A stretch of DNA of 64,000 nucleotides from Eledone cirrhosa (GCA_964016885.1 OZ024741.1:374914001-374978000); one strand, 5' to 3'. Positions 1 to 13,845 are shown, counted from the stretch's first letter. A program made the numbers and translations. Notes: generated by a model not told the origin, from the sequence alone.

Positions 1-360
<360 letters not shown>

Positions 361-429
361 TATGTATATATTCATGAGGGAAGAGAGTTTGTATGGCTCG
401 TTATTTTACGTAGATAAAAGCACAAATAA

Positions 430-1450
430 CGACTTCTAACATTAAAGTCTTTTTATCAATTGACAATACACAGCACAAATCCTACGACACGAGACTTAAA
501 AGGAATTATTGTTTTCAGCCTTTCTAAGCAGCTAAAACATAAATTATTTAGTCAACATGTTTGTCAATAGACACGTTGGCGTACTTCCTCTTCGTATCCC
601 TAGACTGTTTGGACGCATTTCATTTATTATATTTTCTAGATATCTTCATTTGTCTGTGGCCGCTGAATTTTCTGTAATCAATTGCCTGTGAACTTGATGT
701 ATGTGTAGGGTTCCCGACAAACCTTGTATAGATTGCCTTTTCTGCCTTTAGGAGATCCTGGATGTAGATAGGAAGCGGAGAACACTTTAATTTCGTTGAC
801 AAACATTTATGAATACCGGTCATATTTTCTGTGCCATCAAAACATTAGTCAACTATTTCGTAAGGTTTTAACTCCATCTTCCTAAGTACATTTAACCGTC
901 TTATAGAAAACACCACCTTTAATAGAAAGTGTTGTAGGAGATCTGTTGAAAGGCTTTCTGATTTCTCCTTAAGAGATAAATTTAAAGCATATTGTAACAC
1001 ATTAAACCCTGCTGACGTCCGACGTCTCATCAAAGGCAACGGAATATTTTGAATACTTCTTCATACAATTTTCTATAAAACAGTCTCCAGCTTCATATTC
1101 AGAATGATCCTTTGAATGAAAGGTGAAAGCTCACTGCATTTATAAAGCTAACTGACTTATTAGTTTTTCTTCTAGCCTAGGAATAACATTATATCGAAGA
1201 TGTAGAATTTCTTAGATCTTACCACCAGAAAATTTCGCAGAAATTACTGCGATTCTCAGCATGACTTCGTTGAACTCTGCTTTGTCGAGCAGTGAACAAC
1301 AGAATTTGCATAATAATTTTTAAGTACTCTCGATTTATGCCAATAGTTGACCTAACTCCGATGTTTTGTGATACCGTATGCTCGATGCTCGATAGTTTAT
1401 TCACTTCATCATGGTTTGTCGAAGACGACTTAATCTCCACAGACACGAGT
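430..1450 (-). pseudogene. Decayed hAT-family (ZMYM1/DUF4371-like) transposase fragment
   Basis: Minus-strand peptides NREYLKIIMQILLFTARQ..RSHAENRSNFCE and LSTKLKCSPLPIYIQ..AIYTRFVG..IDYRKF resemble hAT transposase N-terminal and core blocks; broken by frameshifts. Confidence 0.55.
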
Positions 1451-1629
1451 ACCCATAATATAAATCTCAGGGAGATTCAACGTCACGCAGTGTGACAAGG
1501 TTGGCCCTTTGAATTACTGGGCCTCAGTTTCCGTCCACCCAGTTTCACGTATTGTACTTACACCATTTAAACATTAATTGAATGAGCAGTCAATACGTGT
1601 AAGCAGAGTGCTAATTTTACAGGCAGGTT

Positions 1630-1812
1630 ATAAATCATGTGTTTACTCTTTCTATATATATATCCTTCCGTATTCTGACAGGACACGAAAAACATGTCCA
1701 AACCAAGTTTAGCAATGGTAGCGCACAAGTAACTTTAACTGATTTAGTGTTTGTGAAAGGATAATGCCTTCTGAATCTTGGCTCGTCTTAATCCGCTCAG
1801 TTATCGTATACA
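1630..1812. repeat. Dispersed repeat, second copy at 2815-2977
   Basis: Both loci share tatccttccgtattctgacag...gaaaaacatgt.taaaccaagtt.agcaatg...ttctgaatctt..tcgtcttaat. Confidence 0.8.
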
Positions 1813-1823
1813 TACATGCGTAT

Positions 1824-1940
<117 letters not shown>

Positions 1941-1957
1941 TATATATATATATATAT

Positions 1958-2150
1958 AGGAAAAAGTATGACCCCGACAGCAGAGCTCAAGCCGTTTCGA
2001 CGGCTATTTCTGGACTCCAGAAATAGCCGTCGAAACGGCTTGAGCTCTGCCGTCGGGGTCATACTTTTTCCTATTTCCCACTCTACTACTCTAAGTATTG
2101 AGTACTCTGGTGCGTTATGGTCCATCTGGTTCCTTACCACAATTCCTTAG
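1958..2150. mobile_element. Palindromic TA-embedded short element (family P)
   Basis: Perfect fold-back at 1958-2072 centred on ctggactccag, followed by the conserved tail ccactctact..taagtattgagtactctggtgcgttatggtcca; flanked by (TA)n. Confidence 0.8.
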
Positions 2151-2151
2151 T

Positions 2152-2254
<103 letters not shown>

Positions 2255-2503
2255 CCACACTCACACACACACATATATATATAAGTGTGTGTGTGTGTGT
2301 GAGTCTGTGTATGTGTGTATGTGAGTGTGTATGTGAGTGTGTGTGTGTGTGTGCTTGAGCAGAATCTTTGAAGGTACCTTATGCGATAAAAGCCTACTAC
2401 AAAAACTATAACATTTACCACCTAATCTCGCTGAAACCATCTCTTCAAGGTTCTAACATTGTTATCGGCCCCATCATAAACAGGTGTGTGTGTGAGTGTG
2501 CGC

Positions 2504-2589
<86 letters not shown>

Positions 2590-2977
2590 ATATATATATA
2601 TGTATATAAACATGCATATAATGTGTGATAATGTGATCAACAAAGAGAATGTATGTGTGTGAGTATGTGTGTATGTATGTGCGAGTGTATGTGTGTTTGT
2701 GTGTTTGTGTTTATATGTGTGTGTGTGTGTGTGTTTGTGTGTTTGTGTGTGTGTATGTATATATGTGTGTGTGTGTCTGTGTCTGTGTGTGTGAGATGCA
2801 AATGAGACAGGTATATAAATCATGTGATTTCTTTCTCTTATTATATCCTTCCGTATTCTGACAGTATACGAAAAACATGTCTAAACCAAGTTCAGCAATG
2901 ATAGCGTACAAGAGTGTTTGTGAAGAGACATGCCCTTCTGAATCTTTGGTCGTCTTAATTCAGTCAGCTACCGTATA

Positions 2978-3179
2978 CAAGGGTCGGCGGAAAAGTTCAT
3001 AGGCTGACTATGAAGTAATGATGTTAGAGCTGTGAAATCTTGCATGCATGAATTTCAACTCTTATCAATACCTGCATTGTTTCTTTCTAGTGAAAATAAA
3101 TCTCATTTAAAAGTAAACCTCATTTAGTCATTCCATGAGAGTATCTTAGTCAGCCTATGAACTTTTCAGCAAACCCTCG
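2978..3179. mobile_element. Tc1/mariner-type MITE; relatives at 54230-54392 and 56415-56618
   Basis: TIRs caagggtcggcggaaaagttcataggctgac / gtcagcctatgaacttttcagcaaaccctcg with TA on both sides. Confidence 0.8.
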
Positions 3180-3224
3180 TACATATATGCTTGTAAACAT
3201 TCGCCCTCGTATAGTGTATGTATG

Positions 3225-4430
3225 TATTTTTCTCTTGTTACAACGTTGACTTCAAGTGGGCATCTGATTTCTACAACAGAGCACGTTTTCAATGTGTGGT
3301 CCCAAACAACAATATTAAGCCGGTTGTGCTTTAATTTGGTGGCAGTTTTTATTTTTAGGTTCCACCAGTATTCCTTAGTGCCATCTATCTCAACATATTC
3401 CTCCTCATTTTTTTTAAAATTTTGTTTGCCTCAGTGTGTTCCAGATGGTTCTAGCTATCACATCGTGTCTCATAGGGAGGTAGTAACGAGACAACATTCT
3501 TTCGCAGTTGGCAACAATGTGGCTAACAGCTTCGATCTTTGTTTTACAAAGCCTACATTTATTGTCGACTGATGGCCCTCCTCTTTTGTGTAGCTGATAT
3601 TTGGTAGCGATTTCTTGCATAGAGATATCCTTCAATGTGAGATGTCATAAACTTGTCGAAACTCCATGCCACGCTTTTTGAATCATTTATCCCTTCTATG
3701 GTCTGTGTTTTTCGTCTCAGTAACCCACGCACAACTTTCTCTGTAAATGGGTCCATTTTTTATCTTGTTCGAACATTGAATAGATTCTTCCAATTTCTCT
3801 GGGAGAGAGATTTATACCAGGCCTTATTCCATATCTCTCCTCCAGATCAGTGGCTATCCTAATGATATTTTTTTCTTCATGCTCATAAACCTGGGCAAGA
3901 TGGTTGCCAACCTTTTTCTTCTGCTGAAGATGTTACTTCTGTGTTACTATCCGGGTCTCGTATGACGTTAATATGGATTTTAGACCCCGGCCACCTTCCT
4001 TGCGTGAGAGGTATAGCTTATCCACATCACCATTGATGTTAAAGTTCCCAGTAACACTGAGAAGTTTGCGAGTTCTTACATCCATCTCACTTAGTTCTTG
4101 CAATGGCCAGTTCAGCAGGCCAAATGTTGGTGTTAGGATTGGTACAGCATAAGTATTGTGGGCAATGTATTTGTTGTACACTGATAGTTCTGATGACCAT
4201 ATTTTCTTTACTCTCCTAAAGTATTCAGTTCTGGTTCTCTCCTTATTTATGGGTCCATCATATCTGACATTCTCATCCTGTCCAAGATATCTGTAATTGT
4301 CATCTGACTGTAGAGGTTGTATTGTCAAGCTGTTCATGTCTAGATTTCCAGAGGAGGGCACAACCCTTACACGTTTTACTGTCATATATGCACATTTGGA
4401 CTCACTAAATCTGATGTCTGTAGAAAATTG
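3225..4430 (-). mobile_element. R4/Dong-like non-LTR retrotransposon fragment (RT C-terminus, CCHC knuckle, RLE start), degenerate
   Basis: Peptides YRYLG..EYFRRVKKIWSSELS..NK..AHNTYAVP..LYLSRKEGGRGL, CRLCKTKIEAVSHIVANC and RHD; frameshifted. Confidence 0.8.
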
Positions 4431-4649
4431 TTTCGACAGCTAGATCCGAACGCGTTGAAACGGTCGGAGCTCACCCGTCGGGGTCTTGAATCTTTTCATA
4501 TATATATTTACATAATAAACAACACAATATAATTATTCCATTACGAAATGTTTCAGGAGACTAGACGATCTTTATGTTATTCATTATGTAATTATTATGT
4601 ACTATACATAGACCACTCTTCTTCCCTTTACCTTTTCTACGAGAATACT

Positions 4650-4778
<129 letters not shown>

Positions 4779-5084
4779 GTGCCATATAAATACAGATATT
4801 TATTTTATAAATATATACAACCATAAAGAAATACACGCGTTTTCTGCTGATATAAGAATAGAGAGTTTAGGTGAGAGATATTTTCATGTGGGAAAAGTTG
4901 ACCTTAGTGGAATTTAAACACTGAATGTAAAAAAAGCAGAACAAACATTGAAATGATATTTTATCCGACACCCTACCAATTCTGCCAATCTACCACTTTT
5001 CGCCTGTATGGCCCTGATATAAGGAAAAAATCCCAGAACAGATTTTGCAGGTAAAACCAACCGACACCCAGAAGTTGACTACGA

Positions 5085-5390
5085 GCAAAATGGTTCTCCC
5101 CATCATAAACAGCCACGGCGATGTCCCATCATAAACAGCCATGGCGATGCCTCAACATCGACAGTCATGGTGATGTCCCATCATAAACAGCCACGGCGAT
5201 GCCTCAACATCGACAGTCATGGTGATGTCCCAACATGGTTGCAAGTCCAATGACTGACAACAGTAAAAAAACTTTCTCCATTTTGTCCGCCGGGGCTGTG
5301 GGGCGGCCAACACGTGGGAGGGCGAGATGTGGAGGGCGAGACAGATGGAGCGATGATGGTGGGAGTTCGGCTCCTCCGTGTTCCGACACA
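5085..5390 (-). mobile_element. Fragment of the Tx1/L1-associated terminal sequence with an internal imperfect tandem duplication
   Basis: Similar to 6275-6340, 7650-7710 and 17490-17640; the unit gatgtcccatcataaacagcca.ggcgatg recurs at 5097-5232. Confidence 0.55.
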
Positions 5391-5597
5391 TTGCATCTGT
5401 TCAGAGTGTATTTCAATACTTGTGACGAACATTGTGAATTCCTATTTATCGTCTGAATCCTTAGAAAGCATTTGAACTTCGATATCCATAAATTCGATTA
5501 AGCTCGCTTTAGGATCTGGCTGGATCATTTCGAGACAATTGCTTCTGATGGGTCTCACTGATAAACGTGTCTAAGGAGTGGGGACTCTAACATCTCG

Positions 5598-5686
5598 GCT
5601 CTTCTTCTTCTTCTTCTTCTTCTTCTTCTTCTTCTTCTTCTTCTTCTTCTTCTTCTTCTTCTTCTTCTTCTTCTTCTTCTTCTTCA
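5598..5686. repeat. (TTC)n microsatellite, probably a LINE tail
   Basis: About 29 TTC units. Confidence 0.9.
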
Positions 5687-6019
5687 ATCTATAAACTAAA
5701 CAATGAACATATATGGGAAATTTCTAAACTTTGTTCTTATTTGTTATCTTAGCAATGGATAAAAAAACAACAACCTTAACTCGAAGTTCTCCAACTCTCC
5801 TACTGTTTCTACAGCACTCCTAGTTTTAATAACTTCATTAAAAATTGTTTGTGTCTCTGAATATCTTTAGAAAAAAAATTCAAGGATACATTAGAAATGT
5901 TATCACGCAGAATTGCAGAATGATGTTTCATCCTCCACAACGCGTGAGAAGCGAGTATTCAGCCTCCTGACTCCATATGTCTCTAATATTTCTCCTTGGG
6001 GGGTGGTGGTGGTGACGGT

Positions 6020-6230
6020 GGGGAATGGCAGAATCGGTAGACGATCAGATAAGATGCCATTGCGATAGTTACTCTGGCTTTTCACATTCTGAGTTCAAAT
6101 CCCACCGACGTCACCTTGCATCCTTCCGATGTCGATAAAATAATGTACCAGTCAAGTCCCGGGGTTAATTTAATCAACTTTACCCCTACCCTAAATTGGC
6201 TGGTCTTGTACCTAAATTTTACTCTACAAG
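6020..6230 (+). mobile_element. tRNA-derived SINE, family A
   Basis: A-box tggcagaatcggtaga, B-box gagttcaaatcc, body catccttccgatgtcgataaaataa.gtaccagt. Confidence 0.75.
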
Positions 6231-6274
6231 AAACAGCTTTTAGACCCATTCTCTATTATATACACATATATACA

Positions 6275-7710
6275 CCAGGTTCGAACACAAAAGAACCAAA
6301 CTCCCACTGTCACTGCCTCCGTCTCTGCAGATCTCCCTATCTCTTAAGGCACGACGGTCAAGCGGTAGTAGATGACGGACGCTATGAAAGTGTTCGCTTT
6401 CATAGCGTCCGTCATCTACTACCGCTTGACTGTCGTGCCTTGTCCAAGTAAAACGCTCACCAAAATGGAGCGCGCGCTCTTCCTATTCCTTTGGAAGAGG
6501 CGGGCTCCTTTGGTGAGAAGATCCATCTGCTGTCAACACCCGTCAAAAGGATGGCTGGGCATGCCGTGGCTGACGATGCGCAAACACGCACTCAGGCTGT
6601 GGCACCTCCACGTATTCCTCACCAAACAACCGGTTCGTGAGGCGAGCCTTCCCGCGATTCGTCTCGCTGACCGAGCTGCAGTCCTGGGTCAAGCAAAGAC
6701 CGAGTAAAATGGGCGACTGGCACATTGAATGTGCTCAGGCGCTCACAGTCCGCTGGCAAACGGACTCGGCGATCAGTGGAGACCTCCACCTCGTCATTCT
6801 ATAGAGGGTTAGACCGCAGCAAGTGCGACGACGCTCTCGGAGAACCTCTAGGCGTAGAGGAAGACAAACTAGCCACTCTGTTCGGTAGAACCTTCCGCCC
6901 GAGACCGATAGACAACTTCCAAAAGTCCCTGGCCTGGCAGTGCTACCGAGGAGCTCTACCCGTTCGAGACAAGCTCTACAGACACGGGCGCCCGGGCAGG
7001 GATCCCTCGAAAAAGATCTGTCCAAGATGCGTGCGGGACGAGGAAACCGTCGCGCATGCATTCGTACACTGCCCGGGCGTTACCGACCTGTGGAGCTACG
7101 CAGTCCGACTACTGTCGCGGGTGGGACAAATCTGGTTGACCACCGAGTCCATTAGCGCGGTCAAACCGCCACCTTCCTTCAAAAACGAAGGAGAGGCGGT
7201 TTTCCTCTGTGTAATTGCTATGGTGAAAGAGGTTATATGGTGGACGAGACTGAAAGGGCTGAGGTCAGACACCTTTCTCTCCGGCGAACAACTAGTTCGC
7301 TTCTTCAAATATCATTTTAGAAGAAGAATCAGAGTGGAGAAAGAGGTACTACACCCAGCAAATTTTACGAAAGGTGGGTGAATGTGGCAAGGATCGCCCG
7401 AGTGGTTGGGCCTTCTTTTTATATAAGTCGAGGAAGAAGAGGAAGAGAGGAGAGGAGTGCTCCTGGAGATGAGGGTTGTACATTTTTTCGGGGTGTGTGC
7501 AACCCATTTGTAACGCCTCCCCCCTATTGGGGATTTCGTTTGTTTTATTCATTATTTTTGTTATACATTTTTACACGCCTTGTATGTAAACTCCCCAATT
7601 GTATTTGTCCCCATCTTTTGCGCCCTTGTGGCAAATAAAGAAATATATAAGCAAATAGGGGGTCCACGCGCTGGCCGCCCCGCGGCCCCGGCAGACAGAA
7701 TAGAGAAAGC
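6275..7710 (+). mobile_element. Tx1/L1-clade LINE 3' portion (RT C-terminus, zf-RVT, 3' UTR), frameshifted
   Basis: Peptides VFAFIASVIYYRL..ERALFLFLWK..GWLGMP, FQKSLAWQCYRGALPVRDKL and CPRCVRDEETVAHAFVHC. Confidence 0.85.
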
Positions 7711-8657
7711 ATTTCTAAATTAGAAATCAATATTTGTTCTAAGTTGCAACATACTATTTATTCTAATTACGAAAGAAAGAAACTAGCATATTGTCGAAAT
7801 TTATGCCAAGTCACGATAAACACATGATGCGTCACTTTTTTCTCAAAATAGCAAAACACTACAAGATATATGCTTAATGTTTCTTAATTAAATTGTATTA
7901 TTATTATTATTTGTTTTTTGTGTTAGTAAACAAATATTTATAGGAAATTAATTACAGCATGACGTTCATAAATAGGATAAAATGACTGATTATTATGTTA
8001 ACATGAAATTACATAGCTATAAATGTGTAAATAAAATATTTACAGTTTTTTAGCACAATTATCTCAGTAACAAAAATCCTAATTTGTAAATCAAACAGTA
8101 ATTTAATGAGGTTCATTGCGTGTTATGTTGTAAGAATTGTCTATAATATTATTTCTATTATTGGTATGGAAAACTACTTCATGTATTTTATATGTTCTAT
8201 CGTGTCCTGACGGGGAAGCTGATGATTTACTTCCACCCTCCACTCCAAACGTTAGTCTTTCCTGATTTAACTTCCTGTTGATGTATGTCTCTTATACCGG
8301 ATGACTGTCCTCGATGTGTACATCGACTCAACCATACAGAACATACTGCCATAACATGTTATATTTAAGCATTCTCATACATTATACAGCTTCTAAATAT
8401 AACTGGCGATTGATCTCGGCTAATTTTGCGACTGAGTGATGTAGCCTTTATTTTTCTTTCTTTCTTTTGGGAGAAGAGCAACCCCAACCAATTGAAACAT
8501 AAAATTTCTTTTCTCCCCCACGGCACAAAACATATTCATCTGCTTAGGCAAGATATAGAAAGAATTCAACCAGTATTTCTCTTTATATGTTGTTTATGTT
8601 AATTACAGTGATGACATTGGCATCTATATTTAACCAATTATATCTCATCCCTACAGC

Positions 8658-9135
8658 CGGCGAATTGGCAGATTCGTTAGAACGTCGGATAGAATGGCAG
8701 AGTCGTTAGAACGTCGGATAGAATGGCAGAGTAGTTAGAACGTCTGATAGAATGGCAGACTCTTTAGAATGTCGGATAGAATGGCAGAGTAGTTAGAACG
8801 TCTGATAGAATGGTAGAGTCGTTAGAACGTCGGATAGAATGGCAGAGTCGTTAGAACGTCGGATAGAATGGCAGAGTAGTTAGAACGTCGGATAGAATGG
8901 CAGAGTCGTTAGAACGTCTGATAGAATGGCAGAGTCTTTAGAACGTCGGATAGAATGGCAGAGTCGTTAGAACGTCGGATAGAATGGCAGAGTCGTTAGA
9001 ACGTCGGATAGAATGCTTTATGGTATTCGGTTTGGCTCTCTGCTCTCTGAGTTCAAATCTCGCCGAGGTCAACTTTGCTTTTCATCCTTTCGAGGTCGAT
9101 AAAAACAGTACCAGTCTAGTACTGAGGTCGATTCT
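8658..9135 (+). mobile_element. SINE family A whose 29-bp A-box segment is tandemly amplified about 12 times
   Basis: Unit tggcagagtcgttagaacgtcggatagaa repeated over 8667-9016, then a normal B-box gagttcaaatc and SINE body. Confidence 0.85.
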
Positions 9136-9450
9136 TCCTCCCGCTGGAAGAAATCTGCTGTACTCAGCCCTGGAGAGAGATAGGCTCCGCCAGGCTTAAA
9201 AATGCACAAGAAACGCTGTATGTCAAAATGGCGCCCCTATGACTCTATCAGGAATTACGGGACCATACCGTACCATCTCATCCCAACAAAACTAACTTTA
9301 AACCTAAAAAAAAAAAAATAATCAAGTTAAATTTCGTCTTCTCTGCCATACAAAATCATGCTCATAGCAATACCGATGAATTTGATTTTGAATTTAATAA
9401 ACAGATCATACATGTAAGCAGCAGTTTCATCTTCTGAGGTCATATCAAAG

Positions 9451-9488
<38 letters not shown>

Positions 9489-9676
9489 CTATGGAAAGCA
9501 GATCGTGTTGAATTGCAATGTAATACTAGTCATGTATAATTTAACCCAGAATAGCAGTTTTATCTTGGCTCATGCACATATTATGACTCATATATCATTA
9601 GTAATGCACTGGGTAATTGCTGGCCTTGTGCCAAAAGTAGAAACAATTATGAATGTGAGACACCACACACACACAC

Positions 9677-9770
<94 letters not shown>

Positions 9771-9778
9771 TATATATA

Positions 9779-9809
<31 letters not shown>

Positions 9810-9911
9810 ATTATATATATATATATATATACATATATATATACACACATATATATATATATGTATATATATGTATATATATATGTATATATATGTATAT
9901 ATATATATATA

Positions 9912-10090
9912 TTAGAAAATAGAATAGCTTTCACCGTATTTTTGACTAAAATTTTTTTAGCCTGATAATGGGGCTTAGAACCCTCAGATAAATGGAAAAA
10001 GATTTATCCATTTATCTGAGGGTTCTAAACCCCACTATCAGGCTAAAATTTCTTTAGTAAAAAATACGGTGAAAGCTGTTCTATTTTCTA
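9912..10090. repeat. Fold-back inverted repeat (about 85-bp arms) flanked by (TA)n
   Basis: ttagaaaatagaatagctttcaccgtattttt...cagataaatgga pairs with tccatttatctg...aaaatacggtgaaagctgttctattttctaa. Confidence 0.9.
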
Positions 10091-10129
10091 ATTTCAAACC
10101 TGCTCACTGTTTCAAAACATACTTACTTG

Positions 10130-10161
<32 letters not shown>

Positions 10162-10169
<8 letters not shown>

Positions 10170-10443
10170 GTGAGTTTTTTTTTACAAAATGAAAAATAAC
10201 CGAGGTGTCCTACACGAGTGAAAGTATAAAGAAAAAAAGATGAAATCAAAAATGGAACTGAAGTCTTATTTAAAAAAAATATATATATTTATTTGTGAGA
10301 AAAACTACAGACCCTCCATCTCAACTCTACTTTTGAAAAGCAGAAGAACTGCGAAACCGGTAAAGGAACCAAATAAATATATATATTTAAAAAAAAATAA
10401 GACTCCAGTTGCATTTTCGATTTCATCTTTTTTTCTTTATATA
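10162..10443. mobile_element. Short Penelope-like non-autonomous element with an internal inversion; relative at 62352-62545
   Basis: 10224-10295 is inverted at 10370-10443; the element is flanked by (TA)n and carries an HHR. Confidence 0.65.
10328..10367 (+). ncRNA. Minimal type I hammerhead ribozyme, U3-A8 core variant
   Basis: ctt-TTGAAAA-GCAG aagaa CTGC-GAAA-C CG G-TA-aag: stem II GCAG/CTGC, palindromic stem III ACCGGT, GUA triplet. Confidence 0.7.
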
Positions 10444-11450
10444 TATATATATATATATACTTATATATATATTGTGTGCTGGGCCTAGAAAAGTATGATT
10501 CAGTAAGAGGGAGAAGGACATACCAAAGAGAGAAGGAGGCGTTAAGAAGAGAAAGGCCAATATAGATGGCCTTCACAAGATCTTTTATAAATCAATGAAT
10601 AAAAGACAAAAAGTAACTTCCATTAATCATTCCGTAGTTCATTGCAATGGATGTCAAATTAAGATCATATCTACATTATATCAGCTTCATCAGAAATATA
10701 TTTTCTCTGGTGATGAATGATACTTGAAAGTTGTGCACAGAGGAATAACACTGAGACAAGCTAAGCCAGGTATTTAATATCAACCTTGACAAGAATCGGA
10801 GTTCTAATCCAACCGAGGTCAACTTTCAAGATCAATAATAAAATACCAGTCTAGAACCGGGGTCGATTCTTCCCTCCACATCTCTTTCTTACTTCCTCTT
10901 TATCATTCCTTTTTCTTTGGAAGAAATCGGTTGTGTTCAGACCTAGAGGAGAGATGGGATCTTCCAGGTTTAAAATACCCAAGGCACCTCCCGGTATGTA
11001 ATGGCAGCGCTCCCACGACTCGCTTAGTAGACACAAGTCCCTTCATACATACATAGTGGATTATATAGATCTCAATACATGGCTGGTATTTTATTTGATC
11101 GACCCCAGAGAATGAACAACAAATTCGTCTGGTCAAGATTTGAACTTAAAGCGTTAAGAGTTCGGTACTAATATTGGATCTTACTGTTCAAATATATTAT
11201 CTGAACTGGTTTGGTGCTTGGATACACATCCTGGAGATGTCAAATAATATATTGCTTGTAGATGTTGATTATAGAAGTACAACTGTGAGTGTATATTAAT
11301 TAGATAGATAATCAGTAGATATCGACTAGTTATAGGAAACTCTAGGATGTTGATAGGTAGTCTGTAAATACTAATTATATAGTATAGCGTATGTATCTGC
11401 TTTACTAGCACATACACGATAGCGAATCCCTCGCATGGGCACACACACTT

Positions 11451-11509
<59 letters not shown>

Positions 11510-11833
11510 CTTACACACATAAAGAGGTTCTCAATTTAAAATGAACGCTATCATACTTGATGAAGTAAGCCAAGGAAGTTTTATCAAATAAAATTACACG
11601 AAGTCGATGAGGACAACAATAAATGACTAATCGTAGTTTAAAAAGACAGAAGAGACAATCTCGAAACTGTAACCCTTTCATGAAATATATTTTTGATGAA
11701 ATATATTGAATGTGTTTCAATTGGAAATAACGAAGACTATGGAAGGTATCATGGCTCCTTCATTAAGTTTAGGTTTAGATCATTACAAAAAGGTTCTCAC
11801 GTAAAATAGCGATGGAGCGTTTTAATTTAGATA

Positions 11834-12181
11834 AAAAAAAGGTAAAGACCCCCTTCAGTCACGAATGGCCATGGGATTTGCGCCTAAAACGTTCCTCTAC
11901 GAGGCACAAGTCCGGGTAAGGTTGTTTGTGAAAGACCAGCAGTCACCCATGCATACCAGTCTCTCCTCTCCATGCCACCGATGTTGTCCAAGGGAAAGGC
12001 AAAGGCTGATACAGCTTGACACCAGTGACGTCACAACTCATTTCCACAGCTGAGTAAGCTGGAGCAACTTGAAATAAGGTGACTTGCTCAGGAACACATC
12101 ACAAAGCCCGGTCCAAGAATTGAATTCACAACCCCACGATTGTAAGCCCGACGCTCTTACCACTAAGCCATGCGCCTTCAC
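11834..12181 (-). mobile_element. tRNA-derived SINE, family B, with a 13-bp TSD, nested in a TTAA-type MITE (11673-12266)
   Basis: Head (reverse complement) tgaaggcgcatggcttagtggtaagagcgtcgggct; TSD tttaatttagata at 11821-11833 and 12182-12194. Confidence 0.85.
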
Positions 12182-12524
12182 TTTAATTTAGATATGAGCA
12201 CTTTAAAATGGACATTTTTTTTTCACAGAACCAGGGGCGATTTCAAGCGAATTAGTACCAAAAGGGTTAATTAATCAATATTTTCCAAATATGAAAATTA
12301 AGTGATTCATCCACCTGCCATTTTTGACAAGAATTAGTTATTTAGAAACAATTTGTTTTCCTCTCTAAGCGTGTAATTTTAAACAATTATGCTTTCTTGG
12401 CCAATTGCATATAATATGCTAGTCTTTTTTTCCTATTACATTTTCATGCAGATGGCGCCACCACGTAGTCATAGGTTGATTTCTATTTGATAAAGTACGC
12501 TTGTGATTATTACAGCTACTAGAG

Positions 12525-12720
12525 TGGGGGGATTGGCAGTATCGGTAGAGCTTCGAACACCCTTCTTTGCAATATAGAATTACGTACCTTTACGTTCTGA
12601 GTTCAAATCCTGTCGAGGTTAGTTTTGCCTTTTATCCAGTAACGCACTGGGGTCGATTTAATCGACTTTCTCCTTCCCTTTAAATTGTTGATCTTGTGTC
12701 TAAATCAGAAACTATTATTT
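12525..12720 (+). mobile_element. SINE family A
   Basis: ttggcagtatcggtagagc ... tgagttcaaatcc ... ggggtcgatttaatcgac. Confidence 0.75.
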
Positions 12721-12857
12721 ATGTTGCAATCCTACAACTTTCCCTGCTTATCTAGAACTGGCGTCCCGATAATGACTTGTTGATATTTGAATTCTTTGTC
12801 TATTCATTGTGCTTGTCATCACATTCTTATGTTTGAATGTTATACTTTCAAAGAGAA

Positions 12858-13194
12858 GCGGAATGGGCCTTCGTCTATTTCGACGATGAGTGTTCCAGTT
12901 ATTCGATCAACGGAACAGCTTACTTATGAAAGTAAAAGTAAGTGGCTGAGTATTCCACAGACACCTGTACCCGTAACATAATTCTCTGTTTCACAGTGTG
13001 TGACATGGCTGACCCTTTGAAATACAGGGGCAGTCCATCCAACGAAGTTCCAACAGTTTCCGTGGACCCAATTTCACTCACAATGCATGGGCTATAGCAA
13101 ATGACATTTTCTCTTGCTGCTACGCAGTGAAGATCAATATCAGGACCTAATGATTGCGAAGCGAACTTCTTAACCATTCGGTCTTGCTGCGTCC
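12858..13194 (-). mobile_element. tRNA-derived SINE, family C, with a 14-bp TSD
   Basis: TSD actttcaaagagaa at 12844-12857 and 13195-13208; tRNA-like head (reverse complement) gaccgaatggttaagaagttcgcttcgcaatc. Confidence 0.7.
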
Positions 13195-13379
13195 ACTTTC
13201 AAAGAGAAATAACCATGTTGTATTATAAATAGATAAAATGAGGGCGTTGTATGAAATACATTGTAGTAATTCCTAACAGCCTTTCACGTTCTGGTTTCAA
13301 ATCCTGCAGAAGTCAACTTTGTCTTTCATCCTTCCAAGGTCGATAAAATAAACCACTTGTCAAGTCATCTGGTCATCTG

Positions 13380-13845
13380 GTTCCCCCAGCCTCACAGCAA
13401 CGGGCCACTATGTTCTTCCATCTTTCTCTGTTTCTGACATGGACTGGTACTCGAAACTACATTGCGCCACACCTGTTTAGGTCATATTTTAGGGTAGATC
13501 TCCAGGTCTTCTTTGGCCTACTCTTTGATTTTTCCCCCATCAACTGGCAACCATGAAAGTACAATTCTTGTTGCATTTTTCTGTTCTTGATGACAAAACT
13601 CAGGTATGTGACATTGGCTCTTCGAAGCACATCTTCATTTGTGATCTTGTCTTGCCATCTAATACCAAGCATCTTTTAGAGCCATCTTTATTGGAAAGTT
13701 TCAAGCTGTTTTTCAGTTCTGGCGGTACTCTTCTATGTATCAATAGCATAGGTTGTTGTTGAGATAACAATTGACCAGAATAACCTCAACTTCGGCTATC
13801 CTTTGTTGTATGTCAACTTCAGTATTGCTATCTGCTGTTTCAAAG
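13380..13845 (-). mobile_element. RTE-clade LINE 3' fragment
   Basis: Peptide LGIRWQDKITNEDVLRRANV ... SRPKKTWRSTLKYDL. Confidence 0.75.

Noticed and set aside
8219-8260. CTGATGA motif
   Set aside because: No stem II or GAAA downstream.
8667-9016. CRISPR-like 29-bp repeat array
   Set aside because: No unique spacers, no cas genes, eukaryotic context; the unit is the SINE A-box region.
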